A program made the position numbers and the translations under genes. A stretch of 36,433 nt of DNA from Bacteroidota bacterium. Lineage in GTDB: Bacteria; Bacteroidota; Bacteroidia; SpSt-205; S141-50. The DNA is taken from assembly GCA_015490695.1 (NCBI GenBank), contig WFXK01000024.1, positions 1-36,433 of the forward strand, in the 5' to 3' direction. Positions 1 to 11,000 of the stretch are shown piece after piece (positions within the stretch are counted from its first letter, which is position 1; each line of letters begins with the position of its first letter). Below the pieces are notes generated by a model. The model did no database searches. It was not told where the DNA came from and saw only the letters and a list, made by a program, of their open reading frames with translations.

Positions 1-422
1 ACCTTAAGATAAACTTTCCCTTTAATTCCTGAACCTTCCAACTGCTTAGGATAGCGAATTTGATTTTTAAGCGCTCTTACATTAAGGCATTGGGGGTCTC
101 TGTCTACTAAAATGAATTCATCGGGGTCGGGGTCGGGCTCAGGGTCATCATCTTTTAAAGGAGAATACTCTTCAATAGGCGCATTTAAAATCCGCTGTGC
201 TTCTTCATCTATGACCGCTTGTGCTGTAGCCGCCTCTTGAGACTGACCTTCCTGTTGTGAATAGCCTTGGGTAGTGTCTTGCGTCTCTGGTTCTGCCATT
301 TGTACAGAAGAAGGAGCTTCTGAAGTGGCTACTACTTCTTTTTCTTCTTGCAACGTTTCCTTTTTTGGTTGTTCAACGCTCTGACACGCAACTATCCACA
401 AAACAAACACTAAACGCCGCAT
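1..422 (-). CDS. TonB C-terminal domain family lipoprotein (partial; 3' end lies outside the window)
   Basis: My own translation from the ATG at 422-420 stays open to the window edge. It begins MRRLVFVLWIVAC (lipobox-like), continues with an acidic/Pro-rich linker (DDDPEPDPDPDE), then IRYPKQLEGSGIKGKVYLK, which matches the TonB_C signature (YP..a...GI.GkV). It is missing from the ORF track because it runs off the edge. Confidence 0.6.
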   Translation of the reverse strand, partial: MRRLVFVLWIVACQSVEQPKKETLQEEKEVVATSEAPSSVQMAEPETQDTTQGYSQQEGQSQEAATAQAVIDEEAQRILNAPIEEYSPLKDDDPEPDPDPDEFILVDRDPQCLNVRALKNQIRYPKQLEGSGIKGKVYLK

Positions 423-430
423 CCCTTGGG

Positions 431-438
431 CAAACTTA
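431..438 (-). promoter_or_regulatory. Bacteroidota-type -7 promoter element (TAAGTTTG on the minus strand)
   Basis: The plus strand reads CAAACTTA, which is TAnnTTTG on the minus strand, 8 nt upstream of the ATG at 422. I saw no matching -33 TTTG. Confidence 0.35.
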
Positions 439-512
439 AAGAAAATTTTACTCCACTAAAACTTTTCTAATTGACAATGTTTCTATATTCTATCTCATTA
501 ACCTCCGTTCTT

Positions 513-1874
513 TCACTGCCCTCTATAATCCCCTACTCTCAAATTCAAAAGCTGTTGTTTCTGCTCCTCACTCAAAGGTAAAGACTTAATAAATTCATGA
601 AGCTCTCCCATTGTTCGTTTTTGACCCCGGCTAAAGTGTTTTAGACGTTCATAAGCGTCCACTATGCCGTTTTGACGTAATAAAGTTTGGATGGCTTCTG
701 TTAACACCTCAGGATGTTCGTTCAAGTCGTTTTCTATGGTTGTTGTCTCTGGTGTTAAGCGTTGTAGTCCTTCTATAAGGTTTTGTATTCCTAAAAAAGT
801 ATGAGCGAAAGGAACGCCAATGTTGCGAACAATCGTTGAGTCGGTCAAATCTCTTTGTAGACGAGAAACAGGAAGTTTCCTTGCTAAAAACTCCCAAAGA
901 GCATTAGCAAGATGAAGATTTCCTTCAGCGTTCTCAAAATGAATAGGGTTCACTTTATGGGGCATGGTAGAAGAACCCACCTCTTCAGCAATCGCTCTTA
1001 AACGAAAGTACCCCTTACTAATGTAAAGCCACATGTCTTGAGCGAAATCTATTAAAATGGTGTTTAGTCGCTTAATGGCGTCAAATAATTGGGCGAGGCT
1101 ATCGTAAGGATCTATCTGGGTTGTTGGGAAACTGCGTTCTATCCCTAAGGAACGGAGAAACGATTCGGCAAACTGATGCCATGGTACTTGCGGATAAGCA
1201 AAGTAGTGGGCATTAAAGTTACCTGTTGCTCCTCCAAACTTTCCTTTAAGACGAACTGCTTTTATTTGTGTTAAAGCCTCGGAAAGCCGTACAGCAAAGA
1301 CTTTGCTTTCTTTTCCTAAGGAAGTGGGCGAAGCAGGTTGTCCGTGCGTAAATCCTAACATCGTAATGGCTTGCCACTGCTCTGCTTTCGCATGTAAATC
1401 CCGCTCTAAGGTTTGAACCAAAGGAAAAAACTCCTGTTGTAAAAAATCTTTTATCATCCACGGAAGCGCTGTATTGTTAACATCTTGCGATGTCAAACCA
1501 AAATGAATAAAAGCAAGCACATAATTACATTGTTGGGAAGAGAGCAAAGAAGAAAAAACTTCTTTCAATCGCTTTCTTAACCAGTATTCTATGGCTTTTA
1601 CATCATGATTGGTTTGGCGTTCTATGGCTTTGATTTCTTGTGCATCTTCCAAAGAAAAATGGTTTATAACTTCTTTTAATCGCTCTTCATGAGCCTGTAA
1701 AAAAGTTAATGGAAGTTCCTCAAGTTTAGAGAGCGCAATAAGGTAATGGATTTCTACTTTTACTCTATAAAAGATATAGGCGTATTCGGAGAAGTAATGA
1801 CTTAGGTTTTGTAGTTTATGGTAGTAGCGTCCGTCTACGGGACTGATAGCGGTTAGCGGGGAGTGTTCATTCAT
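513..1874 (-). CDS. purB: Adenylosuccinate lyase
   Basis: The ORF 513..1931 shows lyase-1/ADSL features: SPVDGRY near the N-terminus and GSSTMPHKVNP as the signature loop. I place the start at MNEHSPL (ATG at 1874-1872). The longer ORF start would overlap fabI by 65 nt. Confidence 0.92.
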   Translation of the reverse strand: MNEHSPLTAISPVDGRYYHKLQNLSHYFSEYAYIFYRVKVEIHYLIALSKLEELPLTFLQAHEERLKEVINHFSLEDAQEIKAIERQTNHDVKAIEYWLRKRLKEVFSSLLSSQQCNYVLAFIHFGLTSQDVNNTALPWMIKDFLQQEFFPLVQTLERDLHAKAEQWQAITMLGFTHGQPASPTSLGKESKVFAVRLSEALTQIKAVRLKGKFGGATGNFNAHYFAYPQVPWHQFAESFLRSLGIERSFPTTQIDPYDSLAQLFDAIKRLNTILIDFAQDMWLYISKGYFRLRAIAEEVGSSTMPHKVNPIHFENAEGNLHLANALWEFLARKLPVSRLQRDLTDSTIVRNIGVPFAHTFLGIQNLIEGLQRLTPETTTIENDLNEHPEVLTEAIQTLLRQNGIVDAYERLKHFSRGQKRTMGELHEFIKSLPLSEEQKQQLLNLRVGDYRGQ

Positions 1875-2673
1875 CTGGGAGCAGTTCCAGGATTTCTTCC
1901 GATATACCTGTAAAGGCGAATCCGCCGTCATGATAGAAGTTTTGCATCGTAACTTTTCGGCTTAAATCGGAAAAGAGGAAGATAACGAAGTTTGCACAAT
2001 CTAAGGCAGTTGCGTTTCCTAAGGGAGAGAGCAACTCAGCGTATTTTAACATCTTCTTAAATCCTTCAATGCCTGTGCCTGCGGTTGTTGGTGTAGGGGA
2101 TTGCGATACGGTGTTTACTCTGACTTTTTTATGTTTTGCCCAGAAGTAGCCGAAGGTTCGGGTGATGGATTCTAACAAGGCTTTAGCGTCGCTCATGTCG
2201 TTATATTTTGGAAAAGCCCGCTGTGCTGCAATATAGGTTAATGCAACCCAAGAACCCCATTCATTCATAATATCCATTTTCCATGCTACATGCATCATTT
2301 TATGGAAAGAAATCGCAGAAACATCTAAGGTTTTCATATACCAATCGTAATTCAGGTCTGTATAAGGACGTTTTTTTCGTACGTTGTTAGACATTCCTAT
2401 GGAATGTAGTACGAAGTCAATTTTACCGAAGTGTTTTTTAGCGGTTTCAAAGAGGTTTTGTAGGTCTTCTAATTTTGTTGCGTCTGCGGCGACGACAGGT
2501 GCGTTAATTTGTTCTGCTAAGGTTTTGATTTTCCCCATGCGGAGTGCTACAGGAGCGTTTGTTAATAAGATTTCAGCGCCTTCTTCATGGGCTCTTAGGG
2601 CGACTTGCCAAGCGATAGAAGACTCATCTAAAGCCCCTGTAATAATCCCTTTTTTTCCTTGTAGTAATGCCAT
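1867..2673 (-). CDS. fabI: Enoyl-[acyl-carrier-protein] reductase (NADH), FabI type
   Basis: The N-terminus MALLQGKKGIITGALDESSIAW is the FabI Rossmann motif. It is an SDR-like 268-aa protein. Its ATG directly abuts the gyrA stop codon. Confidence 0.9.
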   Translation of the reverse strand: MALLQGKKGIITGALDESSIAWQVALRAHEEGAEILLTNAPVALRMGKIKTLAEQINAPVVAADATKLEDLQNLFETAKKHFGKIDFVLHSIGMSNNVRKKRPYTDLNYDWYMKTLDVSAISFHKMMHVAWKMDIMNEWGSWVALTYIAAQRAFPKYNDMSDAKALLESITRTFGYFWAKHKKVRVNTVSQSPTPTTAGTGIEGFKKMLKYAELLSPLGNATALDCANFVIFLFSDLSRKVTMQNFYHDGGFAFTGISEEILELLPDE

Positions 2674-5139
2674 TTATGTTGTTGGTTTAGGTACCACAGC
2701 AATCGCAGCGACCTTATCCCCTTGTGCTACTTTAATCACCCTTGCTCCCCTCGCATTACGATTCATTTGACTAATCTCTTCTACGCGTACCCGAATCGCT
2801 ATTCCTTTTTGCGTTATTAGAATCAGATGTTCGTTGCCATGGACTAAAGCCGCTGCAGCTAACTTTCCAGATTTTTCTGAAAGCGCATGAGTAATCACCC
2901 CCTTTGTACCCCTATTCGTCTGACGATATTGCTCTAAGGGAGTACGTTTCCCATATCCTAAGGTCGTGATGGTTAACAATTGCCGTTGTCCATGTCCATT
3001 CACTAACATTGCAACCACCCTATCCGATTCGTTTTGTAGTTTAATAGCAATAACCCCTTGAGCTGTTCTCCCCATAGGACGAATGGTCTTCACAGGAAAA
3101 CGATTACAATAACCTTCTTTGGTAATAATAAACACTTCGTCGTCATCGGTACATAATGCAACATTCACTAACTTATCGCCACCTTTAAAGTTCATCACTG
3201 TTAAACCGCTTTTGCGAACGTTGCTAAAGGCTTCTAAGGCAACTCGCTTAGCAATCCCCTTTGCTGTGCAAAAGAGTAAATATTTTCCTTTTAAATGATT
3301 AGGGTCTTTTAGATGACGAACATTCAAGACGGTTAACACAGAATCATCATCAGGGATTTGCAAATAGTTTCTGATGGAACGTCCTCGGGAAGTAGATTTT
3401 TTGTCTAAGATTTCAAGGGCGTGGACAGGAAGGGCAAAGCATTTTCCTTTTTCAGTAAAGAACAGTAGTTCATCGTGGGTGTGGGCGTAAATCAACACTT
3501 TGATTTTATCCTCTTCTTTCAAGTTACCTCCTGCTTTGCCTCCTTTTCCCCCTCTTGCCTGTGCCCGATAAGCCGCCGTAGATGTAACACGAATATAATT
3601 ATCTACGCTTAAAGTAATCAAAACAGGCTTGTCTAAAATAATATCTTTCTCGGAAAATTCCTCTGTAGACTTCACAATTTCGGTTCTTCGCTCATCTCCA
3701 TAACGCTCTTTAATCTCATCTAATTCATCTTTGATAATCTGCATTTGTAGTGATTCATCGGACAACACTTTTTTATAATAAGCAATTTTTTCTTTTAGGT
3801 TTTCATAATCTTTTTTTATTTTTTCTCGTTCTAATCCTGTTAGTCGTTGCAGTCTCATGTCTAAAATCGCTTGTGCTTGTACTTCAGTAAGTTGGAACCG
3901 CTGCATGAGTTGCTCTTTTGCCACAGTGGGGTTTTCTGATGAGCGAATTAATTGGATAACTTCATCTAAATGGTCTAAGGCAATTAACAATCCTTCTAAG
4001 ATATGGGCTTGACGTTCGGCTTGTTTTAATAAATAACGAGTTCTACGAAGAACAACCGTATGGCGATGTTCAACATAGTAACGAATCATTTCTTTTAAAT
4101 TCAGCAGGCGGGGTCTACCATGGACCAATGCAATGCAATTGGCATTAAAGTTCGTTTGTAGTGGCGTTTTTACATAAAGACTATTGAGCACCACTTTTGG
4201 ATTTACACCTTTTTTTAATTCTATAACAATACGCATGCCACGTCTATCGCTCTCGTCGCGTAAATCTTCAATCCCTTCTAATTTTTTTTCTCGGGCTAAT
4301 TCCGCGATGCGTTCTATCAAAGCAGCTTTTTCAACTCTATAAGGGATTTCTGTAATAACGATACGATGACGATTTTTCTTCGTTTCTATTTCTGCTTTTC
4401 CTCTGAGAACAATTTTTCCTTTTCCTGTCAAATAGGTTTGTTTTACTCCTTCGTAGCCGTAAATGATTCCTCCTGTGGGGAAGTCTGGAGCAGGGATGTA
4501 TTGCATCAGTTCTTCTACAGAAATTTGTGGGTTATCTATATAGGCTTTAATGCCTTCTACCAGTTCACTGAGGTTATGTGGAGGGATTTCTGTAGACATG
4601 CCGACAGCGATGCCTGTAGCGCCATTCATTAGCAATTGGGGGATTTTTGCAGGAAGCACTACAGGTTCTTTCAAAGAGCCATCAAAGTTATCGGTGAAAT
4701 TTACGGTATCTAATTGCAGGTCGGCAAGCATTTCTTCGGCAATGCGGGTTAGGCGCACTTCGGTATAGCGCATGGCTGCAGGACCATCGCCATCTATGCT
4801 ACCGAAGTTTCCTTGTCCGTCTACCAAGGGATAGCGCAGGCTCCATGGCTGTGCCATACGAACCATTGCTTCATAAACCGCACTATCCCCATGCGGATGG
4901 TATTTACCTAAGACTTCCCCAACAACCCTCGCCGACTTTTTATAAGGTTTATTATGATACAATCCCAGTTCATGCATGCCATAAAGCACCCTACGATGAA
5001 CGGGTTTAAGTCCATCTCGTACATCTGGCAGTGCCCGAGCAACAATCACCGACATCGCATAATCAATATAGGCACTGCGCATCTGCTCTACAATTCCAAC
5101 AGGAATAATTTTCCCTTCTGAAAATAAAGAATCCTTCAT
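2674..5139 (-). CDS. gyrA: DNA gyrase subunit A
   Basis: [31 protein letters not shown] and the active-site region AAMRYTE are present. The GyrA-box-like QARGGKG ahead of the C-terminal beta-pinwheel favours GyrA over ParC. Confidence 0.97.
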   Translation of the reverse strand: MKDSLFSEGKIIPVGIVEQMRSAYIDYAMSVIVARALPDVRDGLKPVHRRVLYGMHELGLYHNKPYKKSARVVGEVLGKYHPHGDSAVYEAMVRMAQPWSLRYPLVDGQGNFGSIDGDGPAAMRYTEVRLTRIAEEMLADLQLDTVNFTDNFDGSLKEPVVLPAKIPQLLMNGATGIAVGMSTEIPPHNLSELVEGIKAYIDNPQISVEELMQYIPAPDFPTGGIIYGYEGVKQTYLTGKGKIVLRGKAEIETKKNRHRIVITEIPYRVEKAALIERIAELAREKKLEGIEDLRDESDRRGMRIVIELKKGVNPKVVLNSLYVKTPLQTNFNANCIALVHGRPRLLNLKEMIRYYVEHRHTVVLRRTRYLLKQAERQAHILEGLLIALDHLDEVIQLIRSSENPTVAKEQLMQRFQLTEVQAQAILDMRLQRLTGLEREKIKKDYENLKEKIAYYKKVLSDESLQMQIIKDELDEIKERYGDERRTEIVKSTEEFSEKDIILDKPVLITLSVDNYIRVTSTAAYRAQARGGKGGKAGGNLKEEDKIKVLIYAHTHDELLFFTEKGKCFALPVHALEILDKKSTSRGRSIRNYLQIPDDDSVLTVLNVRHLKDPNHLKGKYLLFCTAKGIAKRVALEAFSNVRKSGLTVMNFKGGDKLVNVALCTDDDEVFIITKEGYCNRFPVKTIRPMGRTAQGVIAIKLQNESDRVVAMLVNGHGQRQLLTITTLGYGKRTPLEQYRQTNRGTKGVITHALSEKSGKLAAAALVHGNEHLILITQKGIAIRVRVEEISQMNRNARGARVIKVAQGDKVAAIAVVPKPTT

Positions 5140-5142
5140 CGC

Positions 5143-7098
5143 TTATGCCATAAATAAAAATTGTGCTAATAAAAGAATAACGCCTAACCAAATTAACAAA
5201 GCATAATTTTGAATAATCCCTGTTTGTAGTCGGCGCAACAATTCTGCAAATCCCTGAACCGACTCCCCTGTACCATCTACAACACCATCTACGATATTTC
5301 TATCAATCCAGTCCAAAACTTTCTCGGAAAAAGCAACAAAAGGTTTTACGATGATTCGTTCATAGAGTTCATCAACATAGTATTTGTTTTGCAGCACATT
5401 ATAGAATTTGCCTAAGCGTTTAGCTAACAGTTCATCACCTTGCAAGGCATGTTTTTTATAAAGACGCAGGGCAAGGAAGACCCCTAAGAGGGCAATCACA
5501 ATAGAAAGTGTGATTAAAAAGATTTCCATTCCGAGAGAAGGGTGTAAAGCTTCTTTAAGGAAATCTTCTTGGGTTGCCAACAGTGGATTTTCCTCAATAG
5601 AGAGCCAATGATGGGTAATCCAGTTGTATTTTCCGTGTCCGAAGAGTTCGGGTAGTCCGAAGAAGCCGCCGATGATGGAGAAGATGGCTAAAATCCACAA
5701 GGGGATGGTCATCACGGCAGGCGATTCATGAGGAGGATGTTCCTCAGCATTAAAACGGGGCTTCCCTTCAAAAGTTAAAGTGCTTAAGCGGGTCATGTAA
5801 AAGGCTGTTAAGAAAGCAGTAAGCACACCAATGAGCCAATAAACGTAGTAAATAGCATAAGTGTGACCTGCAAAGAAGTTTCTGGATAGGATCTCATCCT
5901 TAGAGAAGAAGCCTGCTAAGGGGGGGATGCCTGCGATGGCGAGGGTGGCAATCCAAAAAGTGATGCTGGTAGAAGGAAGGTATTTTCTCAGTCCGCCCAT
6001 GGTTCGGATGTCTTGGGGGTCTTTAACCGCATGAGTGTGCTCCATGGCATGAATCACAGAACCTGAACCTAAGAACAAACAGGCTTTAAAGAAAGCATGG
6101 GTCATAAGATGGAAGATGGCTGCGGCAAAAGCCCCTGCACCTAACCCCATGAACATATAACCTAATTGCGAGACCGTAGAATAGGCTAATACTTTTTTAA
6201 TATCGTTTTGTGCGATGGCAATAGAGGCAGCTAGTAACGCTGTTAAAGCAGACACTGCGCCGATAATCATCAATACTTCAGGCACTTGTATATAGACCCA
6301 GCTCATACGGGCAATCAAATAAATACCTGCGGTTACCATGGTAGCAGCGTGAATTAATGCAGAGACGGGGGTAGGACCTGCCATAGCATCAGGGAGCCAT
6401 ACATATAAAGGGATTTGAGCCGATTTGCCTGTTGCAGCGATAAAAAGCAATAGCGTCATCCAAAAAGCCCAATGCCCTGTGATGTTGCCTACTAAGGCTT
6501 CGTATTTTAGAGAACCAGCGACATGATAAGCAATCAGCATTGCAACGATGAAAGCAAAGTCACCGATACGGTTAACAACAAAGGCTTTTTGTGCTGCTTT
6601 GGCTTTCATCATGTCTTTATACCAAAAGCCAATAAGGAAATAAGAGCAAGCCCCTACGCCTTCCCAACCTAAGAACGTAACTAAAAGGTTATCTGCCATC
6701 ACTAAATTATTCATTGCGAAGATAAAGAGGTTTAGGTAGGCGAAGTATTTATAGAAGCCTTTGTCGCCGTGCATGTATCCAATAGAATAGAGGTGGATGA
6801 TGCCCCCTACTCCTGTGACGATAAGTCCCATTAGAAGGGATAGTTGGTCTAAAACATAGCTGAATTCTAAGGAGAACGCGCCGATTTGCATCCATGAAAG
6901 GATAGAGAAGCGGATAGGTTCTTTATAGTTGATAAACAGATTTAGGAGGATGAAGAAGGGGATGAAGACTAAAAGGGTTGCGACAGTACCGATAGCTTTT
7001 TCTTGTTGTCTTATAGCGGGGAAGGCTAATCCCCCGACACCGATAATGAGCGCACCGAAGAAAGGTAATAAAATAATAAGAGGTAAAAGGCTTTCCAT
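5143..7098 (-). CDS. nuoL: NADH-quinone oxidoreductase subunit L
   Basis: 651-aa polytopic membrane protein with the antiporter-like motifs of NuoL/ND5 (WEGVGACSY, AGPTPVSALIHAATMV). It sits next to nuoK and nuoJ. Confidence 0.92.
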   Translation of the reverse strand: MESLLPLIILLPFFGALIIGVGGLAFPAIRQQEKAIGTVATLLVFIPFFILLNLFINYKEPIRFSILSWMQIGAFSLEFSYVLDQLSLLMGLIVTGVGGIIHLYSIGYMHGDKGFYKYFAYLNLFIFAMNNLVMADNLLVTFLGWEGVGACSYFLIGFWYKDMMKAKAAQKAFVVNRIGDFAFIVAMLIAYHVAGSLKYEALVGNITGHWAFWMTLLLFIAATGKSAQIPLYVWLPDAMAGPTPVSALIHAATMVTAGIYLIARMSWVYIQVPEVLMIIGAVSALTALLAASIAIAQNDIKKVLAYSTVSQLGYMFMGLGAGAFAAAIFHLMTHAFFKACLFLGSGSVIHAMEHTHAVKDPQDIRTMGGLRKYLPSTSITFWIATLAIAGIPPLAGFFSKDEILSRNFFAGHTYAIYYVYWLIGVLTAFLTAFYMTRLSTLTFEGKPRFNAEEHPPHESPAVMTIPLWILAIFSIIGGFFGLPELFGHGKYNWITHHWLSIEENPLLATQEDFLKEALHPSLGMEIFLITLSIVIALLGVFLALRLYKKHALQGDELLAKRLGKFYNVLQNKYYVDELYERIIVKPFVAFSEKVLDWIDRNIVDGVVDGTGESVQGFAELLRRLQTGIIQNYALLIWLGVILLLAQFLFMA

Positions 7099-7101
7099 AG
7101 T

Positions 7102-7401
7102 TTACCACTTAAATAGGTTAAATTCGGAAAGGTTTACGGTTTGTTTATTGCGGAACATGGCGATGATGATGGCTAAGCCGACGACGGCTTCTGCGGCGGC
7201 GACACACATGACAAAAAACACCATCATAGCACCCGCAGCATCATTATGAAAACGAGAGAACGCAACAAACGCCAAGTTCGCCGCATTCAACATTAATTCC
7301 ACACACATAAATACAATGATGGCATTGCGTCTTAATAAAACGCCCAACGCCCCAAGAGAAAATAATAAACTGCTAACGATTAAATAATGCATTACGCTCA
7401 T
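7102..7401 (-). CDS. nuoK: NADH-quinone oxidoreductase subunit K
   Basis: 99 aa with 3 TM segments. [10 protein letters not shown]...[11 protein letters not shown] matches the NuoK/ND4L pattern. Confidence 0.9.
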   Translation of the reverse strand: MSVMHYLIVSSLLFSLGALGVLLRRNAIIVFMCVELMLNAANLAFVAFSRFHNDAAGAMMVFFVMCVAAAEAVVGLAIIIAMFRNKQTVNLSEFNLFKW

Positions 7402-7898
7402 ATCCCTCTGTACTTTTTCGCAATGACAATAGCGGCAACAATGGCGACTAATAAAATAAGCGAAATCAATTCAAAAGGTAATACATACTCGGTCAATAAC
7501 GCATGTCCAATAGATTCCACCGTGCTATAAAGATAATTTTCATTTTGGTCTAAAGACGTTTTAGAAAACACAGAAACTGCAGTTAACAACTGCGTAAAAA
7601 ATACTGCAGCAAACACAACAGCAAACACTGATGAGGCATTAAACCGAATCGCCACAGTATCTTTCCTTGTTAAATTCAAAAGCATGATCACGAACAGAAA
7701 CAAAATCATAATGGCACCTGCGTAAACAATGATTTGGATGATAAACAAAAATTGTGCTTGTAGTGTAAGAAACAATCCTGCTAAGGAGAACAAACTTAAA
7801 ATCATATAAAGGACGCTATAGACGGGGTTTCTGCTGGTTATCATCCCCATTGCTCCGACAATGGCAAGTAGCGTAAAAACAATAAAGCCGATACTCAT
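7398..7898 (-). CDS. nuoJ: NADH-quinone oxidoreductase subunit J
   Basis: 166-aa membrane protein with NuoJ/ND6-like sequence ([31 protein letters not shown]). It overlaps nuoK by 4 nt. Confidence 0.87.
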   Translation of the reverse strand: MSIGFIVFTLLAIVGAMGMITSRNPVYSVLYMILSLFSLAGLFLTLQAQFLFIIQIIVYAGAIMILFLFVIMLLNLTRKDTVAIRFNASSVFAVVFAAVFFTQLLTAVSVFSKTSLDQNENYLYSTVESIGHALLTEYVLPFELISLILLVAIVAAIVIAKKYRGI

Positions 7899-7996
7899 AG
7901 CAGGGCGCTAATTTGAGAGTTTTTCCTGAGATTACCAACAAAAAAGAAAAGTGCTTTGACATAAAATTTTCCCATTACCACCGAAAACAATTTTGT

Positions 7997-8004
7997 TATA
8001 TTTG
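7997..8004 (+). promoter_or_regulatory. Bacteroidota-type -7 promoter element (TATATTTG)
   Basis: Matches TAnnTTTG, 20 nt upstream of the helicase ATG at 8025. No -33 TTTG lies at the expected spacing. Confidence 0.35.
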
Positions 8005-8024
8005 CAAACACAAAAAGAGAATAT

Positions 8025-11000
8025 ATGAGTTATCAGAACTACCCTGACACAAAAGCAGCTTTTGAAAAAATTATTCAATTTTTACGGGATGGAGAGGCTC
8101 AAGTTTTTGTCTTAAAAGGATATGCAGGAACAGGAAAAACAACTTTGATTAACGATATTTCAAAGGTCTTTTTAGAATATTTGAGAAAAATAGAGGAGTA
8201 TGGAGGAAGCGACCTCTACGATGAATACGGATTACCCAATATTAACGACTTTTTAGTCTTGATGGCACCTACGGGGAACGCAGCCCAGATTTTAGCCTGC
8301 AAAACCGAATTAGAAGTCCGCACCATTCATAGCACTATCTACCAATGGGATGCACAAAAAACCCTGGAAGAAAACACCCTCTTTTTCAATGAAAATAGCA
8401 CTGAAGAGGAAGGAAACGAACAAAAAGTAGTCTTTAGAATTAAAGGCAATCCACTTAATGACTCAAAACTACAACGAACCTTAGAAAACTTTAGAGTAAA
8501 ATCAAAGAACCAAATAAACATCTTTCCTCTATACATCATAGATGAAAGTTCCATGATTTCAGACAAATATAAAGAGGATGGAGCTTTGCGTTTCGGCTCT
8601 GGACAACTTTTAAAAGATATTTTAGAGTACACGGGTCTTATTTCTAATAAAGTGCTGAGGGCAAAAGTTATTTTTGTTGGAGACCCTGCACAATTACCTC
8701 CTACCGATAAAAGTGTATTCGCACCAGCACTAAACGAAGCATACTTAAAAGAAAAATACAACTTAAACGTTCAATCTGCTACATTAACAATCATTAAACG
8801 GCAAAAAGAAGGAAGTAAAGTACTAAAACAAGCAGAAAAAATCCGTAAAGCCTTAGAAACCCTAAACTTTTACCAATTTTCTATAGAAGATGATAACAAC
8901 GAAATCATCTGCTTAACCGCTAATAAAGACGAAAGGCGTAAAAAACTCATGGACCACTATATAAAAGAAAGTGGCTCTAAAATCATTATTACTTTTACCA
9001 ACGAAGAACGAGAAAAGTACAACGCTGCAATAAGAAAAAGAGTCTTCAGCCTTACAGATGACGATTTAAAAAGCTACCAAAATCACCTTATCAAAGACGA
9101 CCACCTTGTGATTGTTCAAAATAATTACTTGTTTAACCTATTAAATGGAGATTTTGTCAAAGTCATGGAAGAAATTCCTATAAGTGAACAAGAGCGCTCA
9201 GCATTAGGAGTGTTAAAGGGAAAACCTACTGTGGTGGTTGATGGTGCTTATATAAAAATGCCTATCCCTAGTTTCTACAGAGATAATGCCTTTCTGCTGT
9301 GGAAAAAAGTTAAAGTACGTATTATGAATACCTGCGACAAAAAAGAAAAAGAAAAAGAAAAAGAAAACAATGCAACCAAAGAGATTTTAGTGTTATTAAA
9401 CCCTATGCTTAATACCAAAGAATATCCTTATCCCAACGACTCAACACTGAGAAAGTGGCTGTGGATAAACTTTTTAATACGTAGAAAGTTTGAAGTAGCT
9501 TGTTTTTTCAGAGGAGCACAAAGAATAAAAAAGCTGTTAATGGATTACAAAGCAAACAAAAATTATGTGTTGGGACAACTAAATAGATTTGAAGAAATCC
9601 CTAAAAACAAAGATAAAGTTTTATTCATCATAGGGATATTTGCTCGGCAAGACCCTAAGCCGTATCAACAAACCTTTGAACAATATTTAGATACAGAATG
9701 TTATTGGGATGGAAGTTCTTATCGGACGTTAAAAGAAGTGATAGATAAAATAGATACTTCTTCTCCCAATGCTATTATTCAGAGTTTAGAGCGATTACAG
9801 CAAGCCCTTTTTAATATTCATGTTAAGATTTTACAAGAAGACCGTTTATACAATTGCATTATTGCGGACTATGGTTATGCGGTAACATGCCACAAAGCCC
9901 AAGGAAACGAATGGGATGTGGTATTTATCGACTGGACTAAACGATGGAGCTATAGAAGCGTAAAAGGCGAAGGACAAATTTATCAAGAGGACTTTTTCCG
10001 TTGGGCTTACACGGCTATCACAAGAGCAAGAAAAAAAGTTTATAACATCTATACCCCTTCCTTTGATTATACAAAAGACAAAAGAACTATCCAGCTTTTA
10101 AAGCAGTACCAACCTAATGGCAGTAATGGGGATCTTTTATATGAACTTGGTCAAAACAGAACACTACCGAAAGGCGTTGTTGGTTATTTTTTACACAAGC
10201 TCTTGATTAAAGACGATGGAACTATTGATGAAGACTTGGTAAACAATGATTGGATTATCCTTGCCAACCGACTTCCTTACTTATACTCGGCTTATAAGTG
10301 GAGCGATACAGAATTTAGTTTATTTGCCGAATGCGCACTGGATAAATTGACACGCCACTGGGGAACTATTGAGAAAATTTTCATCCCTAACCCAATAGAC
10401 GACTTTATGAAAGGGGTATCACTTCGCCCCTTTCATAAGCCTGAAACAGAAAACGATTACCGCAAAAAAGTTACAGCAAAACTACTTTCTGAATATGCAC
10501 GCTCCCTCAATAACATAGGAAACATAAAAAAGATTGAAACGATTCTTCCTGATTTGGAACTTATCTTTAACTTTCACATGGATTATGACTTTATGGACTT
10601 AGCAACGTTTTCATTTTTCACCCACTACCTTGCTGAGTCCTACCTTACCTTAGGAGATGAAGAAAAAGCGTACAACACTATTTTGAAAACACTAAAAAAG
10701 TACAAAAACGATGTATACACCGACCCTACCTTCGCCCATTTATGGAATCTGCTTCAAAAACTGTATGAAAACTACCATCTAAAAAAATTGCCGATAATAG
10801 ACCCCGAAGTAAAAAAGAAGATTACCCTAAGGAGATTAGCTATTTGGGAAAAGGCAACAGAATTGTTTTATGGGTCCTATAAAAACAAAAAAACGAGATT
10901 GGAACATCTTTTTAACGTTCAAGCAGGTTTAATCAGTTATATCATGTACAATTCATTGTATCTAAAAAACGTTAATCCTGAAGATGCTTTTATTCAGAAG

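Noticed and set aside
1875-1931. N-terminal extensions in the ORF track: purB to 1931, the lipoprotein to 13247, the TolB-like gene to 20041, scpA to 20765 and cinA from 35643.
   Set aside because: The internal starts give canonical N-termini or signal peptides and remove overlaps with upstream genes. In the cinA case the internal start avoids reading through a terminator hairpin. In the lipoprotein case it avoids a predicted promoter element.
2384-2770. 128-aa plus-strand ORF antisense to fabI/gyrA. Similar antisense ORFs include 6929..7249, 8339..8761, 4366..4768, 12331..12659, 17843..18175, 18293..18553 and the many 60-90-aa ORFs inside the BNR, 864-aa and SBBP genes.
   Set aside because: Each lies wholly within, and opposite to, a long ORF with clear family motifs. 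Their translations are low-complexity or Cys/Ser/Phe-rich with no motifs. The 8339..8761 ORF exists because the sense strand is purine-rich (GAA/AAA codons), so its complement lacks stop codons.
9336-9368. Possible CRISPR or other spaced-repeat array.
   Set aside because: The only tandem repeat seen is the 24-nt in-frame (AAAGAA)x4 inside a CDS. No repeat-spacer periodicity or cas genes occur anywhere in the window.
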